Below are positions 40,601-52,099 of a DNA stretch of 64,000 nucleotides, piece after piece; position 1 is the first letter of the stretch, and every line of letters starts with the position of its first letter. Below the pieces are notes generated by a model. The model did not search any database. It saw only the letters and a list, made by a program, of their open reading frames with translations, and was not told the DNA's origin. The DNA is taken from assembly GCF_052425735.1 (NCBI RefSeq), contig NC_135762.1, positions 27,900,001 through 27,964,000 on the forward strand. The letters are read 5' to 3'. The stretch is from Oculina patagonica. Taxonomy: Eukaryota. The position numbers and the translations under genes are program-made.

Positions 40601-42224
40601 CCCTATGGAGCCAACTGCATTGAGGACAACATAGCTTCGAAAGCAAATTTCTGGGGCTATCCAATTTCCAATAACCTGAGCTTCTATGCGTGTCCAGAAC
40701 ATTACTGTCAAAGTCCAGCTTCTAATTCAAAAGAGTACAACAGTTGTCATGGAAACAGAGCGGGTTTTCTCTGTGGAAAGTGTGCTCCAGGAGTATAGTG
40801 AAACTATGTTTTCTACTGAATGCCGCAAAAGTACTGAATGCAACAACCATATGCTATGGATAATAACAATCTTGTTGTCAACTGGATTTACCCTTTATCT
40901 TTTGAGTAAACCACCGATTTTGAGTTTGCTTGGAAGGCAAATTTTATGGTTTAGAAAAACGGAAAACGCCTGCGTCATACAAGACTTAGGTCACGCCTAT
41001 CAACACTCGGACCGTGGGTACCTAAAAATTACATTTTATTTCTATCAAGCAGCCGAACTACTGATTGTCGGCTCCACGGAACATTTACTCCGAAAGATTC
41101 CGTTTATTTTCAGCGTGTTTGCTGCTTTTAATTTTCAAGTAAGAACTCTAAACAGAGCGATAGACTGCCCTCTTGCAGGACTTACTGCAGTTTCCAAGGC
41201 GTTGCTACTTTCTGTTACAGTTTTCCTCACAATGGCCGAAGTTGTAGTTATATACTGCCTGAACTTTGTTTTTAACAAGATACGACGAAAAGAAGGACCG
41301 TCTCTGATCCATTACATTGCTGTTTTCATAGAGTTACTGCTGTTAGGTTACGAGCGGCTTGCAGAGACGGCGCTCAAGCTCTTGCACTGTGTCCCTATTG
41401 GCTCCAAAAATCGGCTGTTTATCTATGGGGAAGTTCTTTGTTGGCAATGGTGGCAGTACATTCTACTTGCTTACATTGTAGTATTTGTGGTTCCTTTTAT
41501 TATTGTACTTTATTGTGGTTCTTCCATGCTCTATAAAGCCTCCATTTCTGTGTGGGAGTTTCTTGGAGCTTGCATACTTCCACTGCCCTTCCTCATTTAC
41601 TGGTTTTTGAAGAGGTTTCTGCAAAAAAGGGAAAACAATTCTGTGAACACACAGGCTAACAACAAAGATGTTTTAGAAATACTGCATGGTCCCTTTCGTA
41701 AACCAAACTCTGAAGATACAGGAACGCTCTACTGGGAGAGCATTTTGATTGGTCGACGGTTCGCACTGCTTGCTTGTCTTGCCTTCATTACAGACTCAAT
41801 GTTCCGAATGGTTTGTATGACTATTGCCTGTGTTCTCATTTTACTCCATCACATACTGAAGAATCCTTATCACGATCCGATCGCCAACAAAGCTGAAACG
41901 TTCTCTCTCCTGACCTTAGTCATTATGGCAATTATTAACCTTACAAAAGCAACTCTCATCTCGTTTGGAACAAGCATTGATGGTCCAACCAAGCCTTATT
42001 TGGAAACTCTGGAGTGGGCAGAGGTCTGTGCTTTGGCGTTTGTCCCAACAATGCTGTCTATTTTTGTTGTTTTTGCCATTTTCTCTCAGATGGTACGATT
42101 ACTTATTTCTCTGGCAATGAAAATATACTGTTGCTTGCAGTGGCATCCATATCGAATATCGTTTTATTTCGCAAGACATCAGGAAAGACCTCTTCTGGAT
42201 ATTTCCGAAGGAGACGGATCTTAA
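37663..42224 (+). pseudogene. Disrupted gene for a large membrane protein: parallel beta-helix-like ectodomain, Cys-rich region, multi-pass (~7) TM domain
   Basis: YVSKTGDDSESCG...PCKTIGQA N-cap motif, repeated NCSF.N / F..N.A..GGA turns, C..CPPGFYS, CPYGANC, C.GNR.G.LCG.C..GYS, then a hydrophobic C-terminus. The reading frame shifts at least six times, and there is an in-frame TAA at 37858. The 5' end is uncertain. Confidence 0.75.
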
Positions 42225-42623
42225 TTGCTTATCAAGTGATGACACCATTTCATCAGTTAAAGATCGGTCTGTTTTTCTACACAACTAAGTATCAATTAGA
42301 GGGGCCAATTAGCACTGCAAAATATTTCTTTGTTATTAAGAACAGTGAATGGTATAAGCGAAAAGATAAAACGTTTTCAGGAATTGACAATGTTAGTTAT
42401 ACCAGATGCACAATGAGCATGTTAACAGCTCTTCTTGAAGAGGAGCTTCTAGTGCCTTTTCTATTCTGAGGCAATTAGGTTTTCCATTTTTAAGAGTTGT
42501 CCACTTGAAATTAATTAAGCCACTGTAGTGTTCAATGTCAAAATTTGATCTGGCAATAGCTATCTGAAAATTATCTATCCGTCTGGAGCCTCTTTTTTGT
42601 CTTCATCATTATATATTATATAA

Positions 42624-43239
42624 AGGGGGAGACCCTTAACTACATAATGGTTACTATGGATGGCTTCTAACTGTCATATCTTTGGCTCCCATAGTATCCT
42701 GGGTTTAGGTTTTGGCCATGTTTGTTTTATTGGAGGTTGCCGTCAATTTTTAGTAGTAATGACCGTATTTGGTAAGTCAAATGACCAGAACACAAAAACA
42801 CTAAAAACTCACACAGCTTACATTTTTCTCTGTTGAAATCAAATCACAGGGTAGAGTGCATTAATAAAGAAAAAGTGTAGCATAGATTTGTTGAAATTTA
42901 CATTATTATTAAAGCTGTGACGTCACAAAAATTTTATGACGCCATAGTTTTTTTAAGTAACGCGAATTCCAACAAATCCATGCTTCAGATTTTTATTCTA
43001 AATGCACCCTACCCTTGGTGTTGATTTCAACAAAAAAAAATGTAAACTGTGTGAGTTTTTAGGATTTTTGTGTTCTGGTCAAATAACTTACCAAATGTGT
43101 TCATGACAACCAAAAAGGAAGGAAATCTCCAAAACGAAAAAAATGACCAAAAACTTAACCCAGGATACTAAGGGAGCCCAAGATATGAAGGTTAGAAGCC
43201 ATCGATAACTACTATTTTGTAGTTTAGTGTCTCCCTCCT
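42624..43239. mobile_element. Foldback-like palindromic MITE
   Basis: The two halves are imperfect reverse complements over almost the whole length (GGGAGAC.CT.AACTACA ... TGTAGTTTAGTGTCTCCC). Confidence 0.75.
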
Positions 43240-44761
43240 TAAATATAATATGTGAATTATGATTGTAAACATCTTGCCAACAAAACCAGAGGACAGTTCT
43301 TAGAGAAGGGATTTTCCTGAATTTAAACGTATAGTGCGTGTTTAGTTGATTTAGCCAAAAAGCTTTGAAATTTATTTCAGTGCCATGAGTTATGGTGGAA
43401 TAGTGTTAAGAAATGGTAGCAAAGCATGTCGCACATAGTGCAAATAACGCCAAGGTCTGATTTATGGCAGAGCCAGGCAAATCACACACGTGAATACAAA
43501 GAAACCTACTGTAAGCGGACACCCTTGGTCCCAGAAAAGGTGTCCACTTAGAAGAGGCGTCTGCTTATGGGAGGTTAAAATTGTAGTACTTGCATGTGAC
43601 TGGGACCATGTCTAAGTGTCCGCCTACGGGATGTGTCCGACTTCTGGAGGTATCCGTTGGTGGAAGTTGAACGGTAGTATTTGAAAGGCGTGCATTAGCA
43701 CGTGGTATATGTAGTGTGCTTTGTACAGTTTTACAGTCACGGGTATATAGTACTCTTGTTTCTATTTTGGTAAATTTTCTTGAAAATTGTATTTATGGCG
43801 AGCCGATAGGAGAGCCGTTTAAACGGTCACACAGATCGGGCACGATTATTTTATTCTACTTGTGAAATGAAAACAATAAATAGCATGCAAAGTATTGTTA
43901 TGCGATTCGGTAGAGATCTGTATCAAAAGTTAACTAATACCTATTAGCTGAGCAGGAGTTTGTATCAAAAGCTAATTATATTGTTTGATTTGTATTGGGA
44001 TTTAAAGTTGTGTACAGGTGATCTGAATACTGTGCTGGGATTGGTTTGCACCCTTATGAATGGTTAATGAATTTTACAAATATAAATAAGCGAGAAGCCG
44101 AACTTTTATTTGTTTGCGCAGTTCAGTTGATAGTAAGGTAGAAAATGCATGCTTTGTCCTTGATTAGAGAAAAATGCTTATTAGTCTGCATTGGTGCCAT
44201 ATCTCCAGTTTCAGTAGCATAAAGCGACTATGAACTACCTCTAGATGCGATGGTGGTCCCGAGTATTTATTTTTTCACCTGGGTGGAGAGACTGACACTG
44301 CGAGAGTATTGTCGATCCGGAGTCTTGCTCGAACTCGTTAATCATAAGGCCAACGCACCTCCCACTACATTTGTCTACGTTTCTTGCCCTTGATTGGCCG
44401 AGGCATGCAATCTTCAGGGGAATAGTTATCGCGCAAAAAAGGAATTAACTCACCTCGAGACTGAGGATATGATAAAACTATAAGGTAGGCTTTCTAAGAA
44501 GCAGATTATCAACTCGGCTATAACAATCAATAATTCAATGTTTATTTACCCCATGGCATCATCATTTACAGTAATCTATTTTAAATATATAATAAGCATA
44601 AGGAGCCGGGGCGAAGCTCATGTTCCATTTTTCAATGGTATCCATCGTTTTAGTCTTTCAAAGTCAGTTTTAATTTTACATCCAGTTTTTCATATGCAAA
44701 GCAGTTGTACTAAGGGACGAACCCTTATTTGTTTGGAGGGGGGAGAAAAATTTTTAAAAAA

Positions 44762-44906
44762 NNNNNNNNNNNNNNNNNNNNNNNNNNNNNNNNNNNNNNN
44801 NNNNNNNNNNNNNNNNNNNNNNNNNNNNNNNNNNNNNNNNNNNNNNNNNNNNNNNNNNNNNNNNNNNNNNNNNNNNNNNNNNNNNNNNNNNNNNNNNNNN
44901 NNNNNN
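44762..44906. other. Assembly gap (N run)
   Basis: Run of n characters. Confidence 1.
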
Positions 44907-46129
44907 AAAAAAAAAGGGCCCCCCCTAAATCAAAGGAGTCAATGAGCCACTCGTGAATGCGTTACCTAAGTTGCATAGTGTTTACACCATATCGATGGAA
45001 GGATGGGAGAATGGCTAAACTTCCCCACTATACTCGTTTATTATGCATTCACGAGTAAAAAGCGGCTGTTTGACTCCAGTTTCGTTTCTCTCTCTTAGAT
45101 TGGCTGAACCAAGAAGATGAAGGATATTCACACACTCACTTCCCTTTGAAACTCTGTCTTGATTTCGTTTTGTAGGATTCGCCCTTTCGTTTATGCGTTA
45201 TCAGGAAGTAATAAAACTTTAAACACCCACTCGGTCGTGGTAAAGTTGGTCTATTTATTTTACAACACCGGTTATATATTATATGATGCCGCAATACTTA
45301 ATTACACACAACATCTTTAAATTTCCACACCTTGCAATTTCTTGTTTTTTTTTCTGTTTTTAATAAAAATTCTTCCTAGCAGTAGCTTTCAAAATAATTT
45401 AGAATATAGCCGCTGTATACGCGCGATGGAATTCTAGCGGGCATTATTTTTTATAGAACATACTGAAAACTATAGAAGCCCGGTACCCCGGATGTGCGAA
45501 TTTTTGTCGAATTTCGCTGAACGACTTCACGACTTAGCCTCTATTCTCTTGTTTTGTTGTTTAAATGATGCTTTAAAGCAGCAAGTTTTTATCAGAAACG
45601 TTTTACCTGCTTAAATGGAAGTAAGACAGTGCCAAAGGAAGCGACAGATGAAGAAAGAATCGTTAAATTTGTTTTTTTCTTTGGAGTTGTATACGCCACT
45701 ATTTTGCCGTGAACTGCCCGAAATTGATTGGAAATTATTTAGCAAAACAAGCCGGACTCTAGAAACGCTTTGAAGTAAGAAACCTTTTTTTAAGCCCCAA
45801 TCTGAAGACAGAACACTCTACTTTTGTTCTTTTTAAATCGATAATAAGAGGCGAATTTAAAAACTTCGAGTAGGCTTAACCAAACTTGAATGCGTAAATT
45901 TATTTTAACTAGATTTGTCGGCTTTGTGAGAATCTTTTGGTAGTTAGAGAAAGGACTATATACATAGGAAATATGAATGAAATGGTATCTTGGTTTATTT
46001 ATAAAGAAGCTGCCAAAGAAAAGAATAAACTAAACTTTCACTTTTACCAATGTTGCGTGCGTTTGTAAATGCCGTGAGCGGTCGCGAGTCTCAGTGTAAG
46101 TTCTGTGCTCTTTTAAATGTATATTCTAA

Positions 46130-46285
46130 ACCCACTAGAAGATGGTTTTCCTATGTCCTATAAGAAAATAATCACTTTGAGGTCTAGAAAAGCAGCGACC
46201 CCGCCGACGGCCGGGCATCCACTAGCAGCTTATAGACCTCAAGCGTGCTTTTCTATAGAAATGGAAAACCATCTTCTAGTAGGTA
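46130..46285. mobile_element. Short palindromic MITE
   Basis: ACTAGAAGATGGTTTTCC ... GGAAAACCATCTTCTAGT. Confidence 0.6.
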
Positions 46286-46609
46286 ATTATTAGCACTACC
46301 TATACAAGTTTGAACGATGGAAGGGCATAATAAAAAATAGGGTTGGTCGGCAGGTGTTCCTCTCAAACGTTCTCCAGTGCCAACCATTCAAGTCGATCCG
46401 CCAACTGCTTTGAATGATTTTAATTATGTTCCATAAAATATACCGGCGTAAAAATATAAAAATGTAAAATATACCGTCTCCCTTAGCTAAGCTGCTGACT
46501 TCGTTAACAAAGATGAGATTGATTGATTGATTGAAACCCTCAAGTATATTTTCTCATGCCGCAGTACTGACTGAAAAGTTTTCCGTTAAAAATGGTGTAA
46601 AATAAATGG

Positions 46610-49400
46610 TGTAATTTAGGAATAATACCCTTGGCCTCCATTTTGACGGTTTGTGCTCCTAGTAAAATGCTGGTTATGACCATGAGTTAAAGCAGAAGAA
46701 AATATCGAAAGAATTGAAAAAGTACATGCCCACTTTAGACATATTCAGGGGGGGGGGGGGGCTTAGTTCGGAAGCCGTTATTAACGCTTTTCCCTTTTCC
46801 TGTTGAATCCATTTCTTGCCTTTGTTTTAACGGTTTGTTTTAAAAGGATTCCCCAATCAATCAAAACAAGGAAGTCGTTAAGTACGTCCAAGGCCTCACA
46901 TAACTCAAACATGAGTTTAATGGTTCATTTTTCTTTAGTTACTTGAACTTAACTGGTTTATTTAAATATTACAACAAAGTAATACATTCACCAAAACGAA
47001 AGGTTTACGATTAATGATATAATAATTCTGTGCTGTATTTTTTTTTTTTTGACCAAAGGAACTAATGACAATATATAAATTTAATCGTGGGGCACATAGA
47101 ATACCGCCAGACAAGTTCATTTATTCGATCTATAAAAAAGAGCTAGTAAATTCAAGAAAACTTATTCTGATAATTTTAACGTGACACCTTTGTAGTTAGC
47201 TCGTGCATTTGTTCAAAAACGAGAAGAAAAAACACATGGTGAAATACTTATCTCCAATCGAAAATGTTTTCCGTCGCTGTCAGAAACGTCTCAAGGGAAC
47301 TGTGCTCTTTTCTTTTCCTGGAAGTAATTTAATACAAAAAATATTTAACAATCAAAGATCATCTAAAACCCTAGGCTAGGCTAAGCTTTGGCCTATTCTT
47401 TAAGGCGTGGGATAAATAAAAATATAATAATAGCTAACAGGTATTTACAAGGCTGGCAAGTGTACAGACAGTATTTTTTGTCGTGACTTTTGCAAGTGTA
47501 ATGTTTTCATAAACATAATGAAAAACAGGTGAAATGCGCTCAGATTACTGATTTTGGAGGAAACGGTTTAATTCATTTGTTATTTAGATTGCCGACTGAA
47601 TGTTGAAATGTTTAAGAGAAGACAAAACTTCCTGATAACTTGAACGGAACTAGCGCAACAAACAGAATAGACACGAAAATAGCATTGCAAATCAAGTTGC
47701 CGGATGCGTTGCGATCACTTGGTTGAAACGCTTACCAACAGATATGAGAAACATTCGGACACAATGCAACAACCCGCTTTTTGACAAAACAAAACGGTAC
47801 CAGCTATAGTTTAATAAGGTTATAGGCCTCGAGGCAGTGGTTAAAAAGCATGCATGAAGGACGTCTCGGCCTCGCAAACTGGAACCCGATCTTCGTGAGC
47901 ACGGAGCTTTTGGTCTGCCTTTTTGGAATCCCATTAAATGGAATTGTGATTTTTACAATTTATAAAAATATATGTCGTCGCACCTCAGCCCCGACCTATC
48001 TTACCCTCAGTATCGCGGTGAGTGATTTCCTTTCTTGTGCGATAGCTATTCCACTGTCGATCGCAAGGCATTTCCAAAAGGAATGGCCGTTTGGCATGGC
48101 TGGGTGCAAGGCTCATGCCTTCTTGATATTCCTACTCGCCCTCGTCTCCATCACACACTTGGCCGCCATTTCAGCGGGGAAGTACTTGACAATAACAAGA
48201 TCTCTAACAAGAGATTCTTATTTTAACAAGGGAAATGTGCTGTTGATAGGCTTGTCCTCTTGGATTTACTCGTTTGGCTTCAGCGTGGCACCTTTGTTAG
48301 GATGGTCGAGATATGGCCCAGAAGGAACAAATATAACATGCTCAGTCAAATGGGATTCATCTCTTCCAAGCGATCAGGCATACTTTGGAGTTGTAATCTT
48401 CACTGGATATTTCCTACCCTTGGCAGTGATCACGTTTTGCTATTACAAGATCCATCAAGTTTTCAAACAGATCGTTGTTAACACTTCCCGAGGAGGTCGT
48501 CTCGCAATGACTGCGACACAAGCTCTTTTGAGGAAACGTCGTAAATCTGCCATGTACTTTTTAACTATCATAGCTGGATTTCTACTCCCGTGGTCACCTT
48601 ACGCTATAGTGTCCTTCCTTTTAGTTCTAGGACGAAAGGTTAATCCTGTAGCTACCACTGCATGTAGTGTCTTTGCCAAGATTTCGTTTTTCCTTAAACC
48701 AATGTTGTATGCCATTTGTAAAGGCAAGTTTCGACGGCGCTTCGTTCTGTTAGTTCCTTTAGCGAAACAGAACAGAGTCGTAAGACCAGCTGTTTTACCT
48801 TCTGTTTCGCGAACATTGGCTCATTGAACAGCATGCATCAACTTCTGCTGGGATTCAACTTGGCAGTGTCTCAATACATACTTGGACTAATGGCCGTAAG
48901 CTGTTTACGCGAAAGTATAAAAAAGACTGTGTAAACATGACGCACAATCTTAAAAATCATGTCAAATCATTTAGTTCGCAATGTTGATAGTATAAATCCC
49001 GCTGTAATACCCTACAAATGGACAAAAATAATGAAGTGATTTCAATAGAGGGATTTAAGATCATTGTGAACAACGCTACTGGTACAGGAAGGATTTTTGA
49101 TTTTCCAACGTCTAGCGAAAGCTGTTCCGTGTCATTAGCCATTTTGTAAGGTTTTCCGTTCCAATTGCCTTACAATATGTATTTTCATTCACCATTTCGA
49201 CGAGATGTATAAACATCCTAAGGTTTAAAAGGGATCAAAATATAAATTTCTATCAAAGGAGGAATGGAAAAGTTGAAACTGTCAATTTGGGTAGCCGATA
49301 TTTTTTCTCCAAGTAAATGAAATGATATTAGCGGCCTGCAGCTGTTAGCAATTTATAAGCAATTGTAATATTTAATAGCATGAAAAAACTGCAAAAATAA
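46610..49400 (+). repeat. Inverted segmental duplicate of ~12240-15370 (opsin plus flanks)
   Basis: Collinear reverse-complement similarity in the CDS and in both upstream and downstream non-coding DNA. Confidence 0.85.
47850..48827 (+). CDS. Opsin (intronless), copy 2, 325 aa
   Basis: Close paralogue of copy 1. K296 (FAKIS) and E181 (WSRYGPEG) are present; NPxxY reads KPMLY. Confidence 0.9.
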   Translation: MHEGRLGLANWNPIFVSTELLVCLFGIPLNGIVIFTIYKNICRRTSAPTYLTLSIAVSDFLSCAIAIPLSIARHFQKEWPFGMAGCKAHAFLIFLLALVSITHLAAISAGKYLTITRSLTRDSYFNKGNVLLIGLSSWIYSFGFSVAPLLGWSRYGPEGTNITCSVKWDSSLPSDQAYFGVVIFTGYFLPLAVITFCYYKIHQVFKQIVVNTSRGGRLAMTATQALLRKRRKSAMYFLTIIAGFLLPWSPYAIVSFLLVLGRKVNPVATTACSVFAKISFFLKPMLYAICKGKFRRRFVLLVPLAKQNRVVRPAVLPSVSRTLAH

Positions 49401-52099
49401 AAATCAATTCTGCATGACGACCTAAGCCATACCGATCAATTGAACGTTGAAGGCCTAAGACATTTGGAGCAGCAATGCAAAACAGTGGACTAGTATGAAA
49501 CTACGACTGAAAATGAGCTACTCGGATATATTTTAAAGGCATTCTTTAAAACGTATTTGATACAATACCAATCCATTGCAAATGTGTTCCCAGAAAGGGT
49601 TATCCAACACGTACAATGACGTACACGCATTAGCTAGTGTTTTTCACTTCGGGGTGAGATAACATGACGGGTATGTGAGAATTGTTCTTTGGATGACAAT
49701 AAAAACGTGATTCAAATTTTCTTGAACACACTGAGTAGTCGTTCGACTAAATGCAGTGTCCGTTTTCCTGTCCACAGTCGCCAGTCGAATTCGAATTGGG
49801 ACTTACGCTATCGCAAAATTTTACAAACATGTATTTATTATCACTGACTTGATATAATTTACAAAGTAAACGGGGCGCTTACCTTTCACTCAGTTCGGTT
49901 TGGAATCGCAACAATTTCAGCATATGTCGCTAGCCACGAAATACAACTAAAATCTTTTATTTCTGATTTAACCTTAATTTCATTTAATTTACTACTATAT
50001 CAACTTGGAATTGAAATTGAGATGAAAAATTGTCTGCACTTTTTCGGAACCTATTTAAAAAAAATGCTTTGTGACAACAACGATTTTAAAAATTGCAAAA
50101 AAAAAAGGCCGATGTCATTAAAGCCGAATACAACATATAATAGAATCCTCGGAGTATTAACTGAAAGTTTTTCGAGGTTTTAAAAAGAGAATGTGCTGTT
50201 GCATTCAGGTCGGGATTCCGGTGAAAAATACATCAGAAAATTTATTAAGTTCTCTCTCAGAATTTCAGAAAATAAACAAACTTATGTGTACCGTATTCTA
50301 GAAGTTTCGGAGCGCCATGTGAATTCAGTTTTGCGCACAAACTTAAGTGAATCTATAAAGTAACCTTATAATGCCTTGTTATATTTTTTTCCTATGTTTG
50401 GTTTTCTTTTTTTCGAGTTAAAAGCTGAAAGCAAAATGCAAACAGGAGCGAGAATGGCAGATTGCTGTTAATTTTTTTTTCTTAATCATGAAATGCTCTA
50501 ATGATGAATGCAAAAAAAAAAAAAAAGACTCAGCAACAGTCTGACATTGCGTTTGCGTTTCCTTGTTGATTTATTCTAAATTTTATTTAATTTTTCTTTA
50601 AAATGGAAAATTTTAAACATGTTGACGACGTGTGGTCGACTAACAAAAATATTTAACTTCTTACTAATTGGCTTAAAATAACTACTTTATCAGGACGTTG
50701 TGAGAACAATATTCATTTTACGACTGTCTGGCTGGAGCTATCTCATAACGAACGATCAGCATTTTAACAGACAGAATAATTCTTTATCATGATTAGTATA
50801 TTCGAACCAGTAACTGAAAAACGGCTTAAATCTAACTTCTAGCAGACACTGATGTACAGTGAAAGATGAAGCTGGTATGTGACAGAGTGGTCGAAAAACA
50901 TAGTGATACAACTATACATAAGTCCTGAAATGGCGTGTTTACTCCACATTTTTTAATCGTTTTAGACAGCAGGCCAAATGTTAACTTGGTTACTTGTAAC
51001 AAAGAGATACGAATCCACTGGCTCAGCTTTAGGTACATACTAACCATACGGTAAGGGACTTTGCAATAATAAGCAAGAGGGGGGAGGGGGGGGGGTTAAA
51101 CCAGACGGGGAGGGGGGCATTAACTAACGTTGTTGTAAAGATAGGGGGCCCAGAGTAAAAACATAATCATTTGACAGAGGGTGCTTTTAAGTTATATTTG
51201 AACTGTATACTGTCTTTGGTATAACGCGCAGTGTATCTTATTTTAGTATATGAAGTGAACCTTCCTTTAAAGAGTGCCAGATATTATCAGAAATACATAA
51301 TATAACTATAAATAACACGACAAACATCCCAAGTGGAAGTCCACACTGTAACTCAGTAACTAAGAATCTAGTTTATAAGAAAATCGAGGCTAAAATTTGC
51401 GAATTTTTAAGAATATTTTAAGAATAAACCCAAGGTTGAGATTTTAAAAAGAATATAGTTTTTAGTTGAAACAAAATCAGGTAGTTTCATTTCCGTCACT
51501 TTATCTCTGTGAGGAAGGCTTTGTTTAAAGCAAAAACGGCGAGGCTGCAACGAAAAGCAATGGTACATGGGCACAATGTAACACGATACAGATCTGAACA
51601 CCAAAAATTGATTTAAAGATCATAGATTTAAAGATTTTTTGTCACTTTCTGCTATTTTCTTTCCATTTCCATTACAATTTGTCTTTTCATTTGCATTGTT
51701 AAGGAAATACTTATAAGCATTCAAAGGTTACCGTATTTATTCGATTAAAATCCGTGGCGTTCATTGAATTTTTCGGCGTTTACTTGTTTGAGGGCGGCGT
51801 TCTGCAACTGAGTACCCCCCCCCCCCCCCCCCCCAAACCAGCGCTCCAAGTTTTGTAGTGCCAACTTAGTCTCCATCTCTTGGTCTCCAGAGAGACAAGT
51901 CTGTTATGAAGTAACAATGCAGTGTGCCATCACTTCTCTGCTAATTTAATTGGTTGTTCTTTAAATGTAACCAGCGAGACTATGTGCAGTTCTCTGTACT
52001 CAAGTAATTCGTTCCTAGCTGGAGGGCTGCAGAAGCCCAAAGCAAAGACGCGTGCTATCACCATTACATTCTCTTTTCCCGTCTCAAACATGGCCAATG

